UHGV virus genome: UHGV-1366603
DNA length: 64,000 bases
DNA from: a virus
Direction: 5' to 3' (one strand)
Shown piece after piece: positions 1-9,453 of this stretch. The translations under genes were made by a program, and so were the position numbers. The notes beneath the pieces were generated by a model. The model was given only the letters and a program-made list of their open reading frames with translations. It made no database searches and was not told the origin of the DNA. Every line of letters begins with the position of its first letter. Position 1 is the stretch's first letter.

Positions 1-1643
1 GTGGTGCTACTGCGGTAGGTGAAGGTGAACTGTTAATCGGATGGTCGGGCACGAGTGGTGCGCACGCTCCAGTTTATATTCGTAGTCGACGTGATTCAGC
101 GGATGCGCCGTGGTCAGATTGGGCACAAGTTTATACTGCCCGTGACAGTATTCCTGGCGTAAATACCACCGGTAATCAGGATACTACTGGCAATGCCGCT
201 ACCGCGACGAAACTGAAAACCGCTCGCAGAATCGGCGGCGTTACATTTGACGGTACTGGGGATATCAATTTACCGGGGGTTAACCAAGCCGGTAACCAGA
301 ATACGTCAGGTAATGCTGCGACAGCGACTAAACTTCAGACTGCGCGAAATATAGGCGGTGTGGCTTTTGATGGTACTAAAGACATCAGTTTACCTGGTGT
401 AAACCAGACGGGTAATCAGTCGACTACCGGAAACGCAGCCACGGCAACAAAGTTGCAGACAGCGCGTACCATTAACGGTATCGCATTTGACGGTACTAGA
501 AATATATCGTTAGGGCCTGCCGATATAGGTTGTCCGGCTTCGCCCACTGGTTGGTTGGAGACTGGTAAAGACGGCGGCGCAATAACTACAGCACAGCTAG
601 TGACGTTATTGCAAAATAACGGCGCGTTTACCACAAAATCATGGGTTGCTCGCTGTGCATGGGCTTATGCTGCTAGTGCGTCCATACCGAACAGCGAGAC
701 GGGTTGTGGTGTTATTCCGTTAGCTGGGGCTGTTATAGAAGTGATTAGTAACAGCGCAAACAACTACACGATTCGTATAACGACCCCCACAACGGCGAGC
801 GTCGACGGCGCACTCACTAATGCGGAGTTTATCTACGTAAATAACGGTGATGCTTACTCACCAGGTTGGCGTCGCGCTTACAATACGAGAAACAAGCCTA
901 CTGCTGCGGATGTTGGGGCGTTGCCATTATCTGGCGGAACAATGACTGGTGTGCTGACGCTGCAAAATGTGAGTCAGCCTCTCAAGACGCCGGGTGGCGG
1001 CATTCTGGCAAATGATGGAAATTTATACATCAATAAGTCAGGATTTGCAGGCTGGATTGATGCGCTGTTTTTGAAGAACAGCGGCGGTACTCTGACTGGC
1101 GGCTTGACTGTTAATGGTAAACTGGTTACGAAGCATCCTGATTTTCGAATCGCTTATGGTAGCTGCGGTTTCATTTTACGTAATGATGGTGCCAATACCT
1201 ATTTCTTAGTAACCGACTCCGGACAAGCCGCAACGGGTTCCTGGAACGGACTACGTCCGTTGTATTTTAATAACTCTAACGGTCAAGTAACCTTTGGTCA
1301 TAACGTTTCTAGCAACGGTAACGGTTCGTTTAACGATGTACAGATTCGTTCTGACCGTCGAAACAAACGTAATCTGGTGAAACTGGATAACGCGTTAGAC
1401 CGTTTAGAAGCGCTTACCGGGTATCTGTACGAGGTTCAACATCCAGACGACGGTTGGAATACCTCAGTGGGTTTAATTGCCCAGGATGCACTCGTTGCGT
1501 TACCTGAATTGGTTACTGAAGACGATGATGCTATTTCTGGTGAAAAACGTTTGCGTTTGAACTATAATGGCGTTATTGCGTTGTTAGTAGAGGGGATGAA
1601 AGCGTTGCGTCAAGAGGTTAACGAAATTAAAGGAAGATCCTAA
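1..1643 (+). CDS. Long tail fibre distal subunit (gp37-like), 5'-partial, with C-terminal intramolecular chaperone (peptidase S74-like) domain
   Basis: Open frame runs from window start (frame 3) to stop at 1641-1643. Three 40-aa fibre repeats (GNQxTxGNAATATKLxTARxIxGxxFDGT). C-terminal SDRRNKRNL...LIAQDALVALPEL...LRLNYNGVIALLVEGMKALRQE matches the auto-cleaving chaperone domain of fibres/tailspikes. Confidence 0.8.
   Translation, partial: GATAVGEGELLIGWSGTSGAHAPVYIRSRRDSADAPWSDWAQVYTARDSIPGVNTTGNQDTTGNAATATKLKTARRIGGVTFDGTGDINLPGVNQAGNQNTSGNAATATKLQTARNIGGVAFDGTKDISLPGVNQTGNQSTTGNAATATKLQTARTINGIAFDGTRNISLGPADIGCPASPTGWLETGKDGGAITTAQLVTLLQNNGAFTTKSWVARCAWAYAASASIPNSETGCGVIPLAGAVIEVISNSANNYTIRITTPTTASVDGALTNAEFIYVNNGDAYSPGWRRAYNTRNKPTAADVGALPLSGGTMTGVLTLQNVSQPLKTPGGGILANDGNLYINKSGFAGWIDALFLKNSGGTLTGGLTVNGKLVTKHPDFRIAYGSCGFILRNDGANTYFLVTDSGQAATGSWNGLRPLYFNNSNGQVTFGHNVSSNGNGSFNDVQIRSDRRNKRNLVKLDNALDRLEALTGYLYEVQHPDDGWNTSVGLIAQDALVALPELVTEDDDAISGEKRLRLNYNGVIALLVEGMKALRQEVNEIKGRS
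171..530 (+). repeat. Three tandem 120-bp coding repeats (40-aa tail fibre repeat units)
   Basis: Units begin at 171, 291 and 411, each starting ggtaa(t/c)cag and encoding GNQ..GNAATATKL.TAR.I.G..FDGT..I.L. Confidence 0.7.
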
Positions 1644-2425
1644 TGGCAGTTGTCGGCGTAGGTGGTTGGATTGGTTCTTCAGCAAAAGCTGAAACTGGTA
1701 ACGATTGGATGTCTGGCGCGATGCGCACACTTGGTGTGCCGGTTCCAGGCTGGATGTCGCAATTGGCGGGAAAATCAAAAGAGGCTCAGTATTCGATCGG
1801 GGCTAATCACAATTACAATAAAGATACGCTTATTAACTATTTACGTTCCATAGGCTCTACTGCTGTCGTTGTGACCATTACAGGGGATTTAGTGTCTTAT
1901 AGTAGCGGGGTTCCTTGTTTAGAGTTCCCTAGCAATCTTCCAAATTCGTATATTACCCTCATCATCAATCCTGGGGTTACAGTATACGGCAGAGGAGGCA
2001 ACGGCGGTTCTAACTCACCAGGCGGTGCAGGTGGAACCGCAATACAGAACGGAATAGGAAACAGACTGCGTATAACCAACCGTGGCGCTATTGCCGGAGG
2101 CGGTGGCGGCGGTGGCGGCGGTAACAGGGGTAGACTAATATTTGGTGGTGGCGGTGGTCGCCCATTCGGTGCTGGTGGGTCTTCCTCTCATATGAGTTCC
2201 GGTGCGGCTGCTGGTACTATTTCCGCTCCTGGTAGAGGATCTGTTGGTGAGGGGTCTCTTAGTGCATATACAGGCGGTTCGGGTGGTAATGTCGGTGCTG
2301 GTGGAGGAAGATGTAATACTCATGGTAACGGTACAGAATATAACGGCGGAGCAGCTGGTAAAGCTGTTACTGGTAATGCGCCAAGATGGGACGCAGTAGG
2401 TGCAATATACGGTTCACGTGTTTAA
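1643..2425 (+). CDS. T2-type gp38-like tail fibre adhesin with glycine-rich motifs
   Basis: ATG overlaps upstream stop (TAATG). N-terminus MAVVGVGGWIGSSAKAETGNDWM and ITGDLVSYS, RLRITNRGAIAGGGGGGGGG, GGGGGRPFG segments fit adhesins that cap gp37 in T2-like phages (from memory of the family). Confidence 0.7.
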   Translation: MAVVGVGGWIGSSAKAETGNDWMSGAMRTLGVPVPGWMSQLAGKSKEAQYSIGANHNYNKDTLINYLRSIGSTAVVVTITGDLVSYSSGVPCLEFPSNLPNSYITLIINPGVTVYGRGGNGGSNSPGGAGGTAIQNGIGNRLRITNRGAIAGGGGGGGGGNRGRLIFGGGGGRPFGAGGSSSHMSSGAAAGTISAPGRGSVGEGSLSAYTGGSGGNVGAGGGRCNTHGNGTEYNGGAAGKAVTGNAPRWDAVGAIYGSRV

Positions 2426-2441
2426 TTAAAAAGGAGGGTAG

Positions 2442-2954
2442 ATGGGGGTAGCGTCAGGATGGGTCGGATCTTCAGCTAGGAATGAAACTGGCCAACAATG
2501 GATGAGCGCTGCGGGTAGTAAATTAGGATTGGGTAGACCTTTTATGATGAGCCAAATGGTAGGCCGATCTACGGGTTGTAAAATTGCGACCGCTTACTAC
2601 AAAGGGAATCCTCCTGATAAAGTTGAAAACTGGGGGGCCGTAGGTTCAGATTGGCCATTGGCTGAAAAGAACAAAGGCACAATTACTGGTGCTACGAGCT
2701 GTGGTTTAGGTCGTTTAGTGGGGATCGTACTTACGCAAGCTCACTACATTTCTGGTGTTCCACCCACTGCGGCTTTATATATCGCAGGAGGAAGGGCGAG
2801 TAACATTACGGTGACGGTTGGTGGTGTTTCGCAAGCATTTACTTACCATGATGTTATTAACGGTTTTCACTATTATTGGCAAGGAACACCGAGTTCGGCC
2901 TTTATAGCAGCAATGAAGAAAACGGGCGTTACACAAGATTTGAAAGTTCGCTAA
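2442..2954 (+). CDS. Second gp38-like protein: shared N-terminal fibre-attachment region, unrelated C-terminal domain without Gly-rich motifs
   Basis: RBS aaggaggg before ATG. N-terminus GWVGSSARNETGQQWMSAAG parallels the upstream adhesin (GWIGSSAKAETGNDWMSGA); remainder diverges. Confidence 0.5.
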   Translation: MGVASGWVGSSARNETGQQWMSAAGSKLGLGRPFMMSQMVGRSTGCKIATAYYKGNPPDKVENWGAVGSDWPLAEKNKGTITGATSCGLGRLVGIVLTQAHYISGVPPTAALYIAGGRASNITVTVGGVSQAFTYHDVINGFHYYWQGTPSSAFIAAMKKTGVTQDLKVR

Positions 2955-3116
2955 CTAATTAGGGGTAAAACGACAACTAAAACTAGTAAAATAAGAGTTC
3001 GTGAATTCGTAATTCAATATTTTTTATAGAAATGCTGATTTATTAGAATCGGGGGAGGGGGTGAAATGTTTTTAGCCAACATTTTACGTCTCCTCAATCA
3101 TAGGAGGTAACCATAC

Positions 3117-3629
3117 GTGGAACAATTCACGCCTGATTTGTCGTTAACTTCACTTAACATGGTTATTTCACTGGTTAACCATGACCTCCAGCTCGACTTG
3201 CAAGAGAACGAGGTTGAAGTCAGCGACGTAAAGACCAGTAACGAAATGGATCGTGACACCACTGCTGTTGTAAAGATAAAACGTCCCGGTAACAGAACGT
3301 TACAAATCTATTACAACCGTTTAACCGCAGAACGTTGGTTAAACCAGCAACCTATTCTGGTGCAAGTAACTGGAGAGGGGTTTAGCACACACGATTTAAT
3401 CGATGCGATTAACGCAGCCTGTGGCAGTAACCTGCAACCCGAAGATCTTCAGGACGATTCATTTACAGTAGGAAAAGACGCTGTAACGTTACAGGTATCA
3501 CCTAACTCCCTAAGTTATAAAGGCCAATTCTCTGTTTTGGTTTTTGGTAACGGCGAAGAAGCCGCAGTAACAAAAGATGACAACCTAATCGTTACCGCAG
3601 ATAATCGCGTCTTAACCTTTGGAGGTTAA
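3117..3629 (+). CDS. Hypothetical protein; possible weak member of the dispersed NTKVTLTA/Y-R-L family
   Basis: GTG start after RBS aggaggt; 170-aa ORF; motif TTAVVKIKRPGNRTLQIYYNRLT. Confidence 0.45.
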   Translation: MEQFTPDLSLTSLNMVISLVNHDLQLDLQENEVEVSDVKTSNEMDRDTTAVVKIKRPGNRTLQIYYNRLTAERWLNQQPILVQVTGEGFSTHDLIDAINAACGSNLQPEDLQDDSFTVGKDAVTLQVSPNSLSYKGQFSVLVFGNGEEAAVTKDDNLIVTADNRVLTFGG

Positions 3630-3631
3630 CA

Positions 3632-4252
3632 GTGGCTGAACTGGTAGGAAAGGTACGCATTCACGAGCTACCGTCACTTTCAGAAGACATCACTGGTGTG
3701 GTGGTGTTAGCGTCTAAGGAACAAACCGAATATCAACTCCCGATTGAGAATTTAGGGGGCGGCGAGGTTACAGTGAGTCCGTCAGCGAATAACATCCTTA
3801 AGTCTAACAGCGACGGACTGTTTGTTGACGGCGCACATCCTATTGTACCGAAAATGGATGCAAAAACCTTATCGGGAAATATGGTGGTAGAAAAAACGTT
3901 GACAGGCGGTGCAGTAATCTGCAAAACAACAGTTGACGTTAATAATAGACTGGGGGTTTCGCAATTATCTGGAGTGTCAATTTATAGCCAGTGTCTGCTG
4001 GAAAATAAATTGGTTTACCTGGCAGAAGACGGCAGTATTATTGATGCGTACTTCTACATTAGTAATACAAAGACCACAGCCAGTACAATAACCCACACCA
4101 TTCGGGTTGTCTTAGCGAAAGTACCTTCTAAAGTTGTCGATATCACCGATTTATCTGAAACTGAGGTGCAGTACGAGAATGGTAATTTGCCTGTTAAGAT
4201 CGTTATTAAGCATCTTACAGGGACAACACTTTCCCAGAACGGAATGAAATAA
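3632..4252 (+). CDS. Hypothetical protein
   Basis: 206-aa ORF, GTG start 2 nt after upstream stop; followed by terminator. Confidence 0.5.
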   Translation: MAELVGKVRIHELPSLSEDITGVVVLASKEQTEYQLPIENLGGGEVTVSPSANNILKSNSDGLFVDGAHPIVPKMDAKTLSGNMVVEKTLTGGAVICKTTVDVNNRLGVSQLSGVSIYSQCLLENKLVYLAEDGSIIDAYFYISNTKTTASTITHTIRVVLAKVPSKVVDITDLSETEVQYENGNLPVKIVIKHLTGTTLSQNGMK

Positions 4253-4262
4253 ATTTTAGGTA

Positions 4263-4306
4263 GTAGGGGCTAAGCCCCTACTACCTTTCTTTTTTTTTAT
4301 TTTTTC
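4263..4306 (+). terminator. Intrinsic terminator
   Basis: Hairpin gtaggggc-taa-gcccctac followed by a long T-run. Confidence 0.7.
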
Positions 4307-4332
4307 TCAGATATATATTACCTAGAGGAGAG
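4307..4332 (+). promoter_or_regulatory. Copy 1 of recurring promoter-like motif TCAGATATATATTACCTAG(A/G)GGAGAG
   Basis: Near-identical motif also at 8362, 40079 and 44424, always upstream of a + strand gene and followed by a short hairpin. Confidence 0.5.
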
Positions 4333-4378
4333 CGAAATTTACATTCGCACTATTAGTTATAGCCGAAAGGAGGATTAG

Positions 4379-5230
4379 ATGTATCACCCGTATTATCTCC
4401 CGCACATTCTAGCAAATAGGGACCCTGGTTATTACTACGAACAAACAAAGGGGTCTTTTAATCGACTTTACATTCGCGAATTTAATACCGTCGAAATGAC
4501 GGATGACCAGTATCTGGAGTATCTAAAAGACCTTTACGGTTTTTCAAAATCGAATAAAGGTGACTTTGGACGTTCCGCAGTCATTAGGGTTGGTGAATAT
4601 CGTCATTTGGCTAAGCCTGTTACGTACCCTATTGTTACGCGTGCTTATACATCGGATAGGCAATATATTGCTGAACTAAAATTTCCTTTACGGATAGACG
4701 GGCCTCAAATTAGCGCTATAGAAGTAGAAATTCAACCAATTGCTGAAGACTATATTGAAGACTACTTCAAGAAAGCTAAAGAGGTACTCGAGGAGGGTTT
4801 AAGCTACTCTGAAGAAGGAACGATTTGTCTTCTCTCGTTACTCTCGAAGACTTATGTCACAGCAAATTTCCGTATCTCCGATTCTAGTAACTACAATACA
4901 CTTACTCCCTCTAAGACAAAACCGGTTTATTGGGACGATCGGTTAGTCGACAGACACCGTTGGCTTACTATCTTAGATAAAGTAAAATTCGAACCCCCTA
5001 AACACACCGAAGACAACTTTATTTTATTACACAACTTCGAACCGATCTATATCCCGACGCATTTTGAACAAGCCTTACGTCATCGATTGAAGTATGTGTT
5101 GGAATTACGGTACGGGAAGATAAACGGACTAACCTGTTCTGGTGAATTGAGTGAAGAAGAACGCGAGAAGATAAAAATCGTGTTTGATAAGTTGGTTGAA
5201 GATTACATTAAGAAGGAAGGACAATTATGA
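4379..5230 (+). CDS. Hypothetical protein
   Basis: 283-aa ORF with RBS aaggagga. Confidence 0.55.
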   Translation: MYHPYYLPHILANRDPGYYYEQTKGSFNRLYIREFNTVEMTDDQYLEYLKDLYGFSKSNKGDFGRSAVIRVGEYRHLAKPVTYPIVTRAYTSDRQYIAELKFPLRIDGPQISAIEVEIQPIAEDYIEDYFKKAKEVLEEGLSYSEEGTICLLSLLSKTYVTANFRISDSSNYNTLTPSKTKPVYWDDRLVDRHRWLTILDKVKFEPPKHTEDNFILLHNFEPIYIPTHFEQALRHRLKYVLELRYGKINGLTCSGELSEEEREKIKIVFDKLVEDYIKKEGQL

Positions 5231-5670
5231 AACCAAATTCTACTAACGGCATTATGTTACTTTGTGATTCTGAAACGTTAGCAAATCGTATTCGTGGTTT
5301 GATGGAAGTACGTTGGAAGCAAAAGGTTCGCGTGGATTACGCTGCTCCGTTTGTTCACGTTACTTGGTTACCAGAAGCTAGTGATTTCAAAGAAAGTATA
5401 ACCACGAGAAGAATTAAAGAATGGTTATCGGCAATCATTAATAAACAGATTACCGTTATCAATTTCCAACTTTTCGGGACTACTGAAGAACATGAAATCT
5501 TGAAACAGTGTTTAAGAGCGTTGGCTGTTTCCTTTTCTGTTCGTGGTAGCTGCTACACGGCTTACTTTATCGGTTCACTTGAACTGTTTAAGAATACGCT
5601 AATGCTTCAGCTAAAAGAAGACTACAAACTTTTAAATAAAATCGATTTTGAATTTCCAGGTATGATTTAA
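5227..5670 (+). CDS. Hypothetical protein
   Basis: 147-aa ORF; ATGA start-stop overlap with upstream gene. Confidence 0.5.
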   Translation: MKPNSTNGIMLLCDSETLANRIRGLMEVRWKQKVRVDYAAPFVHVTWLPEASDFKESITTRRIKEWLSAIINKQITVINFQLFGTTEEHEILKQCLRALAVSFSVRGSCYTAYFIGSLELFKNTLMLQLKEDYKLLNKIDFEFPGMI

Positions 5671-5680
5671 GGAGTATAAA

Positions 5681-6208
5681 ATGCATCAGAAATTAATGAC
5701 TAGTAACAAAGTTCTCCGTTTTAACCAACGTGAGTTAGAAGTTAGCGGAGAACGAATTGGTCGAGTTCGTAATCTTTTAACTGTGTTAGGTTTGGTCGGC
5801 GTTACATTTACATACACAGGTAAAATTCTTTACGCGACCTGGGCTTCATGCGAAAGTGACGCTACCTACGATAAAATTCTCGATGGTATTAAAGACGACT
5901 CAGTTTATTGTAATGTTTTCCGTGGCGTTTCGTACATCGTTGGTGATAAGTTAATGGATAAACTGAACGCCAAATACGGAGACGGTATTATCACCACCGT
6001 CTTCTTTGGTGGCGATATGCTAATCGTAACGAAAAAGGAAATTAGTCTGGAACTTCAAAGTGATATAAACTACGAACTTCAGATTGGCCCACAATTTAGC
6101 TGTAGAATTAATGTTGTTGTCGGTAAAGATGATTTCTACGATGAAGACGAGTCAGTAGAAATTCGAAAAATTGCGAGTCGCTACATGGATTCTATTTTCC
6201 GTAGTTAA
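5681..6208 (+). CDS. Hypothetical protein
   Basis: 175-aa ORF with RBS aaggag. Confidence 0.5.
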   Translation: MHQKLMTSNKVLRFNQRELEVSGERIGRVRNLLTVLGLVGVTFTYTGKILYATWASCESDATYDKILDGIKDDSVYCNVFRGVSYIVGDKLMDKLNAKYGDGIITTVFFGGDMLIVTKKEISLELQSDINYELQIGPQFSCRINVVVGKDDFYDEDESVEIRKIASRYMDSIFRS

Positions 6209-6264
6209 TAATCAAAAAGGGCTGTAAGTCCCCCACATAGTGTAAACCCCTAAAGGAGCATTAA

Positions 6265-6780
6265 ATGTCTGTAACAATCAACATGAATCTTTATACCAAA
6301 CGTGAACGTCAAATCTTGGCTAATCAGCCAGGCGTTACTACTATCGACGGTAAACCTATCGACCCATTAAAAGTCGTTGTCGCACACAACTGTTTCGAGA
6401 AAGACTGGGACATCATGTATTTCCGTTGCCGTTCTGTCGCCAACGCACTTACCCAGCTCTCTAACTATCATCCCGGTCCAGTATTAAAAGACTGGGTTTG
6501 GTTAGTCCCTAAAACACCTTCAGCGATTGAGTATCCGTCGGGTATGGTCTATATTCGTCCTGTCGCTTATCCAGAACGTTTAAAAGAATATCTGGAGGTT
6601 ATCTGGGACCGACCTCGTAAAGAGCTGGTGACGATTATCCGTTTACTTCAAATGTGCGATATCCCCAATGTTTCGAATCTGAAACTTACGTCTCGCGATG
6701 TTAACCAGGCTTACTGGGAACTGGAGTGGACTGAACCGAAATTCGAAAACACTAACCGCATCTTCTTGCACCGGGGGTAA
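6265..6780 (+). CDS. Hypothetical protein
   Basis: 171-aa ORF with RBS aaggag. Confidence 0.5.
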   Translation: MSVTINMNLYTKRERQILANQPGVTTIDGKPIDPLKVVVAHNCFEKDWDIMYFRCRSVANALTQLSNYHPGPVLKDWVWLVPKTPSAIEYPSGMVYIRPVAYPERLKEYLEVIWDRPRKELVTIIRLLQMCDIPNVSNLKLTSRDVNQAYWELEWTEPKFENTNRIFLHRG

Positions 6781-6782
6781 AA

Positions 6783-7064
6783 ATGTTAGATTGGTTGTTG
6801 GGCTTAATTAACTCACGTCAACAGGAGCTTTATAAAGAAAACACGCGATTGCGGCAGGAACTTAGTAACAATCGTCAGACCAAACGACAATTAATTCGGA
6901 TGGTAAAACAACAGGCGCGTTGTATACGAGATATTGATTATCAGTATCACCGTCTGAATACCTTAGACCCAACAACAAAAGCTTTAGGCAGTACGATTGG
7001 ACACGCACGGAAAGTCAGTCACGATGCGTTAGTTCGAATCGACACAATAGAAGAGAAACTGTGA
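6783..7064 (+). CDS. Hypothetical coiled-coil protein
   Basis: 93-aa ORF immediately after upstream stop; Q/R/L-rich heptad-like sequence. Confidence 0.45.
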   Translation: MLDWLLGLINSRQQELYKENTRLRQELSNNRQTKRQLIRMVKQQARCIRDIDYQYHRLNTLDPTTKALGSTIGHARKVSHDALVRIDTIEEKL

Positions 7065-7071
7065 TATAACC

Positions 7072-7095
7072 CCTCTCAGGAATTCCTGAGAGGGT
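7072..7095. promoter_or_regulatory. Perfect 10-4-10 palindrome (ccctctcagg-aatt-cctgagaggg)
   Basis: Stem-loop centred on GAATTC between genes, no downstream T-tract; possible operator or RNA structure. Confidence 0.35.
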
Positions 7096-7106
7096 GGAGT
7101 AACAAT

Positions 7107-7481
7107 ATGTCATTACTGTTATACAAATTCAGATGTTGGCTAGACACCTCGTTTAAAACCTGGGCTTGTGGTGAGAACGTCAGAACGATCGTTAAAGCAA
7201 CAGACTGGTATACCGAAATTGTGGTACTCCCTGACGGTAAACTAATTAATGTTCAGGTACGCAATATCACCGTCAGGATAGGTCGTAAAGGCGGTGCTAT
7301 TTTTCTTCCCGAACTCTATCTGGTTTCTGCATTGGAACTGAAGGCAGGACCGATGTTATTTGGTCGAACAGCGCAACACTATTTCGATACGCTTATTAAA
7401 CTTAGTAATAGTGTAAAGAAATTAGGTGAGTCGGTCCATAGATTTATTAAAGAAACTGAACGAACTACGGTGGAGATTTAA
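7107..7481 (+). CDS. Hypothetical protein
   Basis: 124-aa ORF. Confidence 0.5.
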   Translation: MSLLLYKFRCWLDTSFKTWACGENVRTIVKATDWYTEIVVLPDGKLINVQVRNITVRIGRKGGAIFLPELYLVSALELKAGPMLFGRTAQHYFDTLIKLSNSVKKLGESVHRFIKETERTTVEI

Positions 7482-7484
7482 AGG

Positions 7485-7793
7485 ATGGAAAGTAAAATCA
7501 CAAACACATCAGCACCTGAGAACATTGTCAACTATATTCTCAGTGGCGGATTGTTAGAAGACAACAAAGAAACGTGTGATAAACTCGTTTCTCAACTATT
7601 GCCGATTCGTTCAGAATACTGCGAAGTCGTTATCCTGGGTTCTGAGTATTGCGTACGTTCGTACTGTCGTCGTTTCGAAGCCTTACGCGTTCCGCGTACG
7701 TTAGGTGGCGTGATACTCTTAGTCTCTAACTTTCACAATGCACACGTTCGTGTTGCAACCTGGATTGCAAACGGTGGCGATAATGGTTTTTAA
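7485..7793 (+). CDS. Hypothetical protein
   Basis: 102-aa ORF with RBS aaggatgg. Confidence 0.5.
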   Translation: MESKITNTSAPENIVNYILSGGLLEDNKETCDKLVSQLLPIRSEYCEVVILGSEYCVRSYCRRFEALRVPRTLGGVILLVSNFHNAHVRVATWIANGGDNGF

Positions 7794-8079
7794 ACTAATT
7801 CGACTATTTAAACGTAAGAGATGTCCTGTATGTGAAATTAATGAAAAGATTATTGCTGAGCAAGACGAGCTAATCAAGCAACAAGATAAGTTGCTCACTG
7901 AAATGGGCGAACTCTATTTTAAACTTTGTGCTATTACCGAACTGATTAGTGAAGGTCTGTTAACGAAAGACGGTGGGTTAGAGTTGGTCAAGAAGGCAAC
8001 GATTCACTGTCGCCCTGAAGTAGAAAAATATAAACTTGAAGTGAAACGTGAAATGTGGGAGATTATTAATGAAGCGTGA
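7783..8079 (+). CDS. Hypothetical protein with CPVC motif
   Basis: Start trimmed from the track's 7738 to an internal ATG at 7783 (11-nt overlap with upstream stop). Confidence 0.4.
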   Translation: MVFKLIRLFKRKRCPVCEINEKIIAEQDELIKQQDKLLTEMGELYFKLCAITELISEGLLTKDGGLELVKKATIHCRPEVEKYKLEVKREMWEIINEA

Positions 8080-8350
8080 AACAGTTGTATTTTGTAGTAA
8101 TGGTGATGTGGTTTTGTTTCGTGGTAAGAAACGTATTCGTACGTTAGAATACCGAGAAGCAAAACGTTTTGTTGAAGAGTGCGCATGGTTAATGCATTAC
8201 GAAGGGAACTATCGTGCTATCTTAGAAGCGCCGCGTTTAGAACGTGCGGTTGCACAGATGGCAATAGGTAATCCTAAGAACTGTTACCTGGCACGTAAGC
8301 CAAAATACATACAACGCCTTTCGTTAGGCAGCTTTATTGCTGGATTTTAA
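8069..8350 (+). CDS. Hypothetical protein
   Basis: Start trimmed from 8048 to ATG at 8069 (MKRETVV...). Confidence 0.4.
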   Translation: MKRETVVFCSNGDVVLFRGKKRIRTLEYREAKRFVEECAWLMHYEGNYRAILEAPRLERAVAQMAIGNPKNCYLARKPKYIQRLSLGSFIAGF

Positions 8351-8361
8351 TAAAAATAATT

Positions 8362-8387
8362 TCAGATATATATTACCTAGGTGAGAG
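8362..8387 (+). promoter_or_regulatory. Copy 2 of recurring promoter-like motif
   Basis: TCAGATATATATTACCTAGGTGAGAG followed by inverted repeat gtgagag...ctctcac (8381-8402). Confidence 0.5.
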
Positions 8388-8431
8388 TTCAGTTACTCTC
8401 ACTTAACAAAACCATTTTAGGAGAATATACC

Positions 8432-8926
8432 ATGAACTTCACTAGACTTGATTACACTAACGAATTAGTTGACAAAGAAAAGTACAAATTCACTGTTGAC
8501 TTGGGTTACGGATTACTGGACGTAGAAAAAGATGTTCTGCACAAAGAATTCCGTGAGCAGTTCGGTGCTTTGTTCTACGCAGGTTTCCGCAGAAATACTA
8601 TCGATATCGGTTATAGCGCAACACCACATACCGACGAAGAAATGTTTAAGCTGGTAACACAGATTATCGGAACGCGTGGAGCCAAACGACTCAATTATTC
8701 CAACGAGCTTGTTTCGAAAGAACATTACAAGTTCACCGTTAGACTACCAGTTCACCTCACAGAAGAAGATAAGAACATCCTCTATAAAGCCCTTCAAACC
8801 GAATTCGGTAAAACGCTCAAAGTAGGGTTCCGTAATCGTAGTATCGATATCGGAATTAGTGTGGATGTGTGTAGTGACGATGACCTTTACGAATTAGTTT
8901 CGGAAGTTATCGGAAAACATCTCTAA
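8432..8926 (+). CDS. Hypothetical protein with internal tandem domain duplication
   Basis: Start at ATG 8432 (RBS aggaga). Two ~80-aa halves align: YTNELVDKEKYKFTVDLG...GFRRNTIDIGYS versus YSNELVSKEHYKFTVRLP...GFRNRSIDIGIS. Confidence 0.55.
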   Translation: MNFTRLDYTNELVDKEKYKFTVDLGYGLLDVEKDVLHKEFREQFGALFYAGFRRNTIDIGYSATPHTDEEMFKLVTQIIGTRGAKRLNYSNELVSKEHYKFTVRLPVHLTEEDKNILYKALQTEFGKTLKVGFRNRSIDIGISVDVCSDDDLYELVSEVIGKHL

Positions 8927-8974
8927 ACCTAAATTAACTCATTAACACTTCGACTTGTAAATAAGGAATAGAAT

Positions 8975-9448
8975 ATGTTTAGCTTAGAATTCAACAACAA
9001 CGTTCATGCCGCTTTCCATTCAGTAGAAAAAACCTATAAAATTAAAGATCTGTTTACTGGCAAAAGCGATGCTTTTTCGCTGATTAAAAATGGATGGAGA
9101 AAAAGCAAAGAGCTGAAACGTGATTCAAACCTTTACATTATTGAACGTTTAACTGTAACCGACAATCATGTCACTGCACGTTATGACTTTGTTGTAATGG
9201 ACGCTTTCATCCCGTTAGACAAACTGGTTATCTTGGCTGACAATGGGGAACGCTACGAGGCGGGCGAGAACGGTGAACGTTCATTTACTAATGACGGTAA
9301 ACTAAAAGTTCGCCATTCTGTAATGGCAGTTTGCTACGACGGTGAATGGCTAGGATCTCTGAATAAAGGATTGGATTTGATTGACGCCGATGATTTAGAA
9401 AATTTCGCCGATGTTTTCTCCAGTTATTTGTTTGAATATAAGTGGTGA
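8975..9448 (+). CDS. Hypothetical protein
   Basis: 157-aa ORF with RBS aaggaa. Confidence 0.5.
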   Translation: MFSLEFNNNVHAAFHSVEKTYKIKDLFTGKSDAFSLIKNGWRKSKELKRDSNLYIIERLTVTDNHVTARYDFVVMDAFIPLDKLVILADNGERYEAGENGERSFTNDGKLKVRHSVMAVCYDGEWLGSLNKGLDLIDADDLENFADVFSSYLFEYKW

Positions 9449-9453
9449 GTTCG

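Noticed and set aside
2096-2325. Gly-codon repeats and the Cys-codon repeats at 21400-22100 as CRISPR-like or non-coding repeat arrays
   Set aside because: The repeats are in frame within long ORFs and lack the regular repeat-spacer structure of CRISPR arrays.
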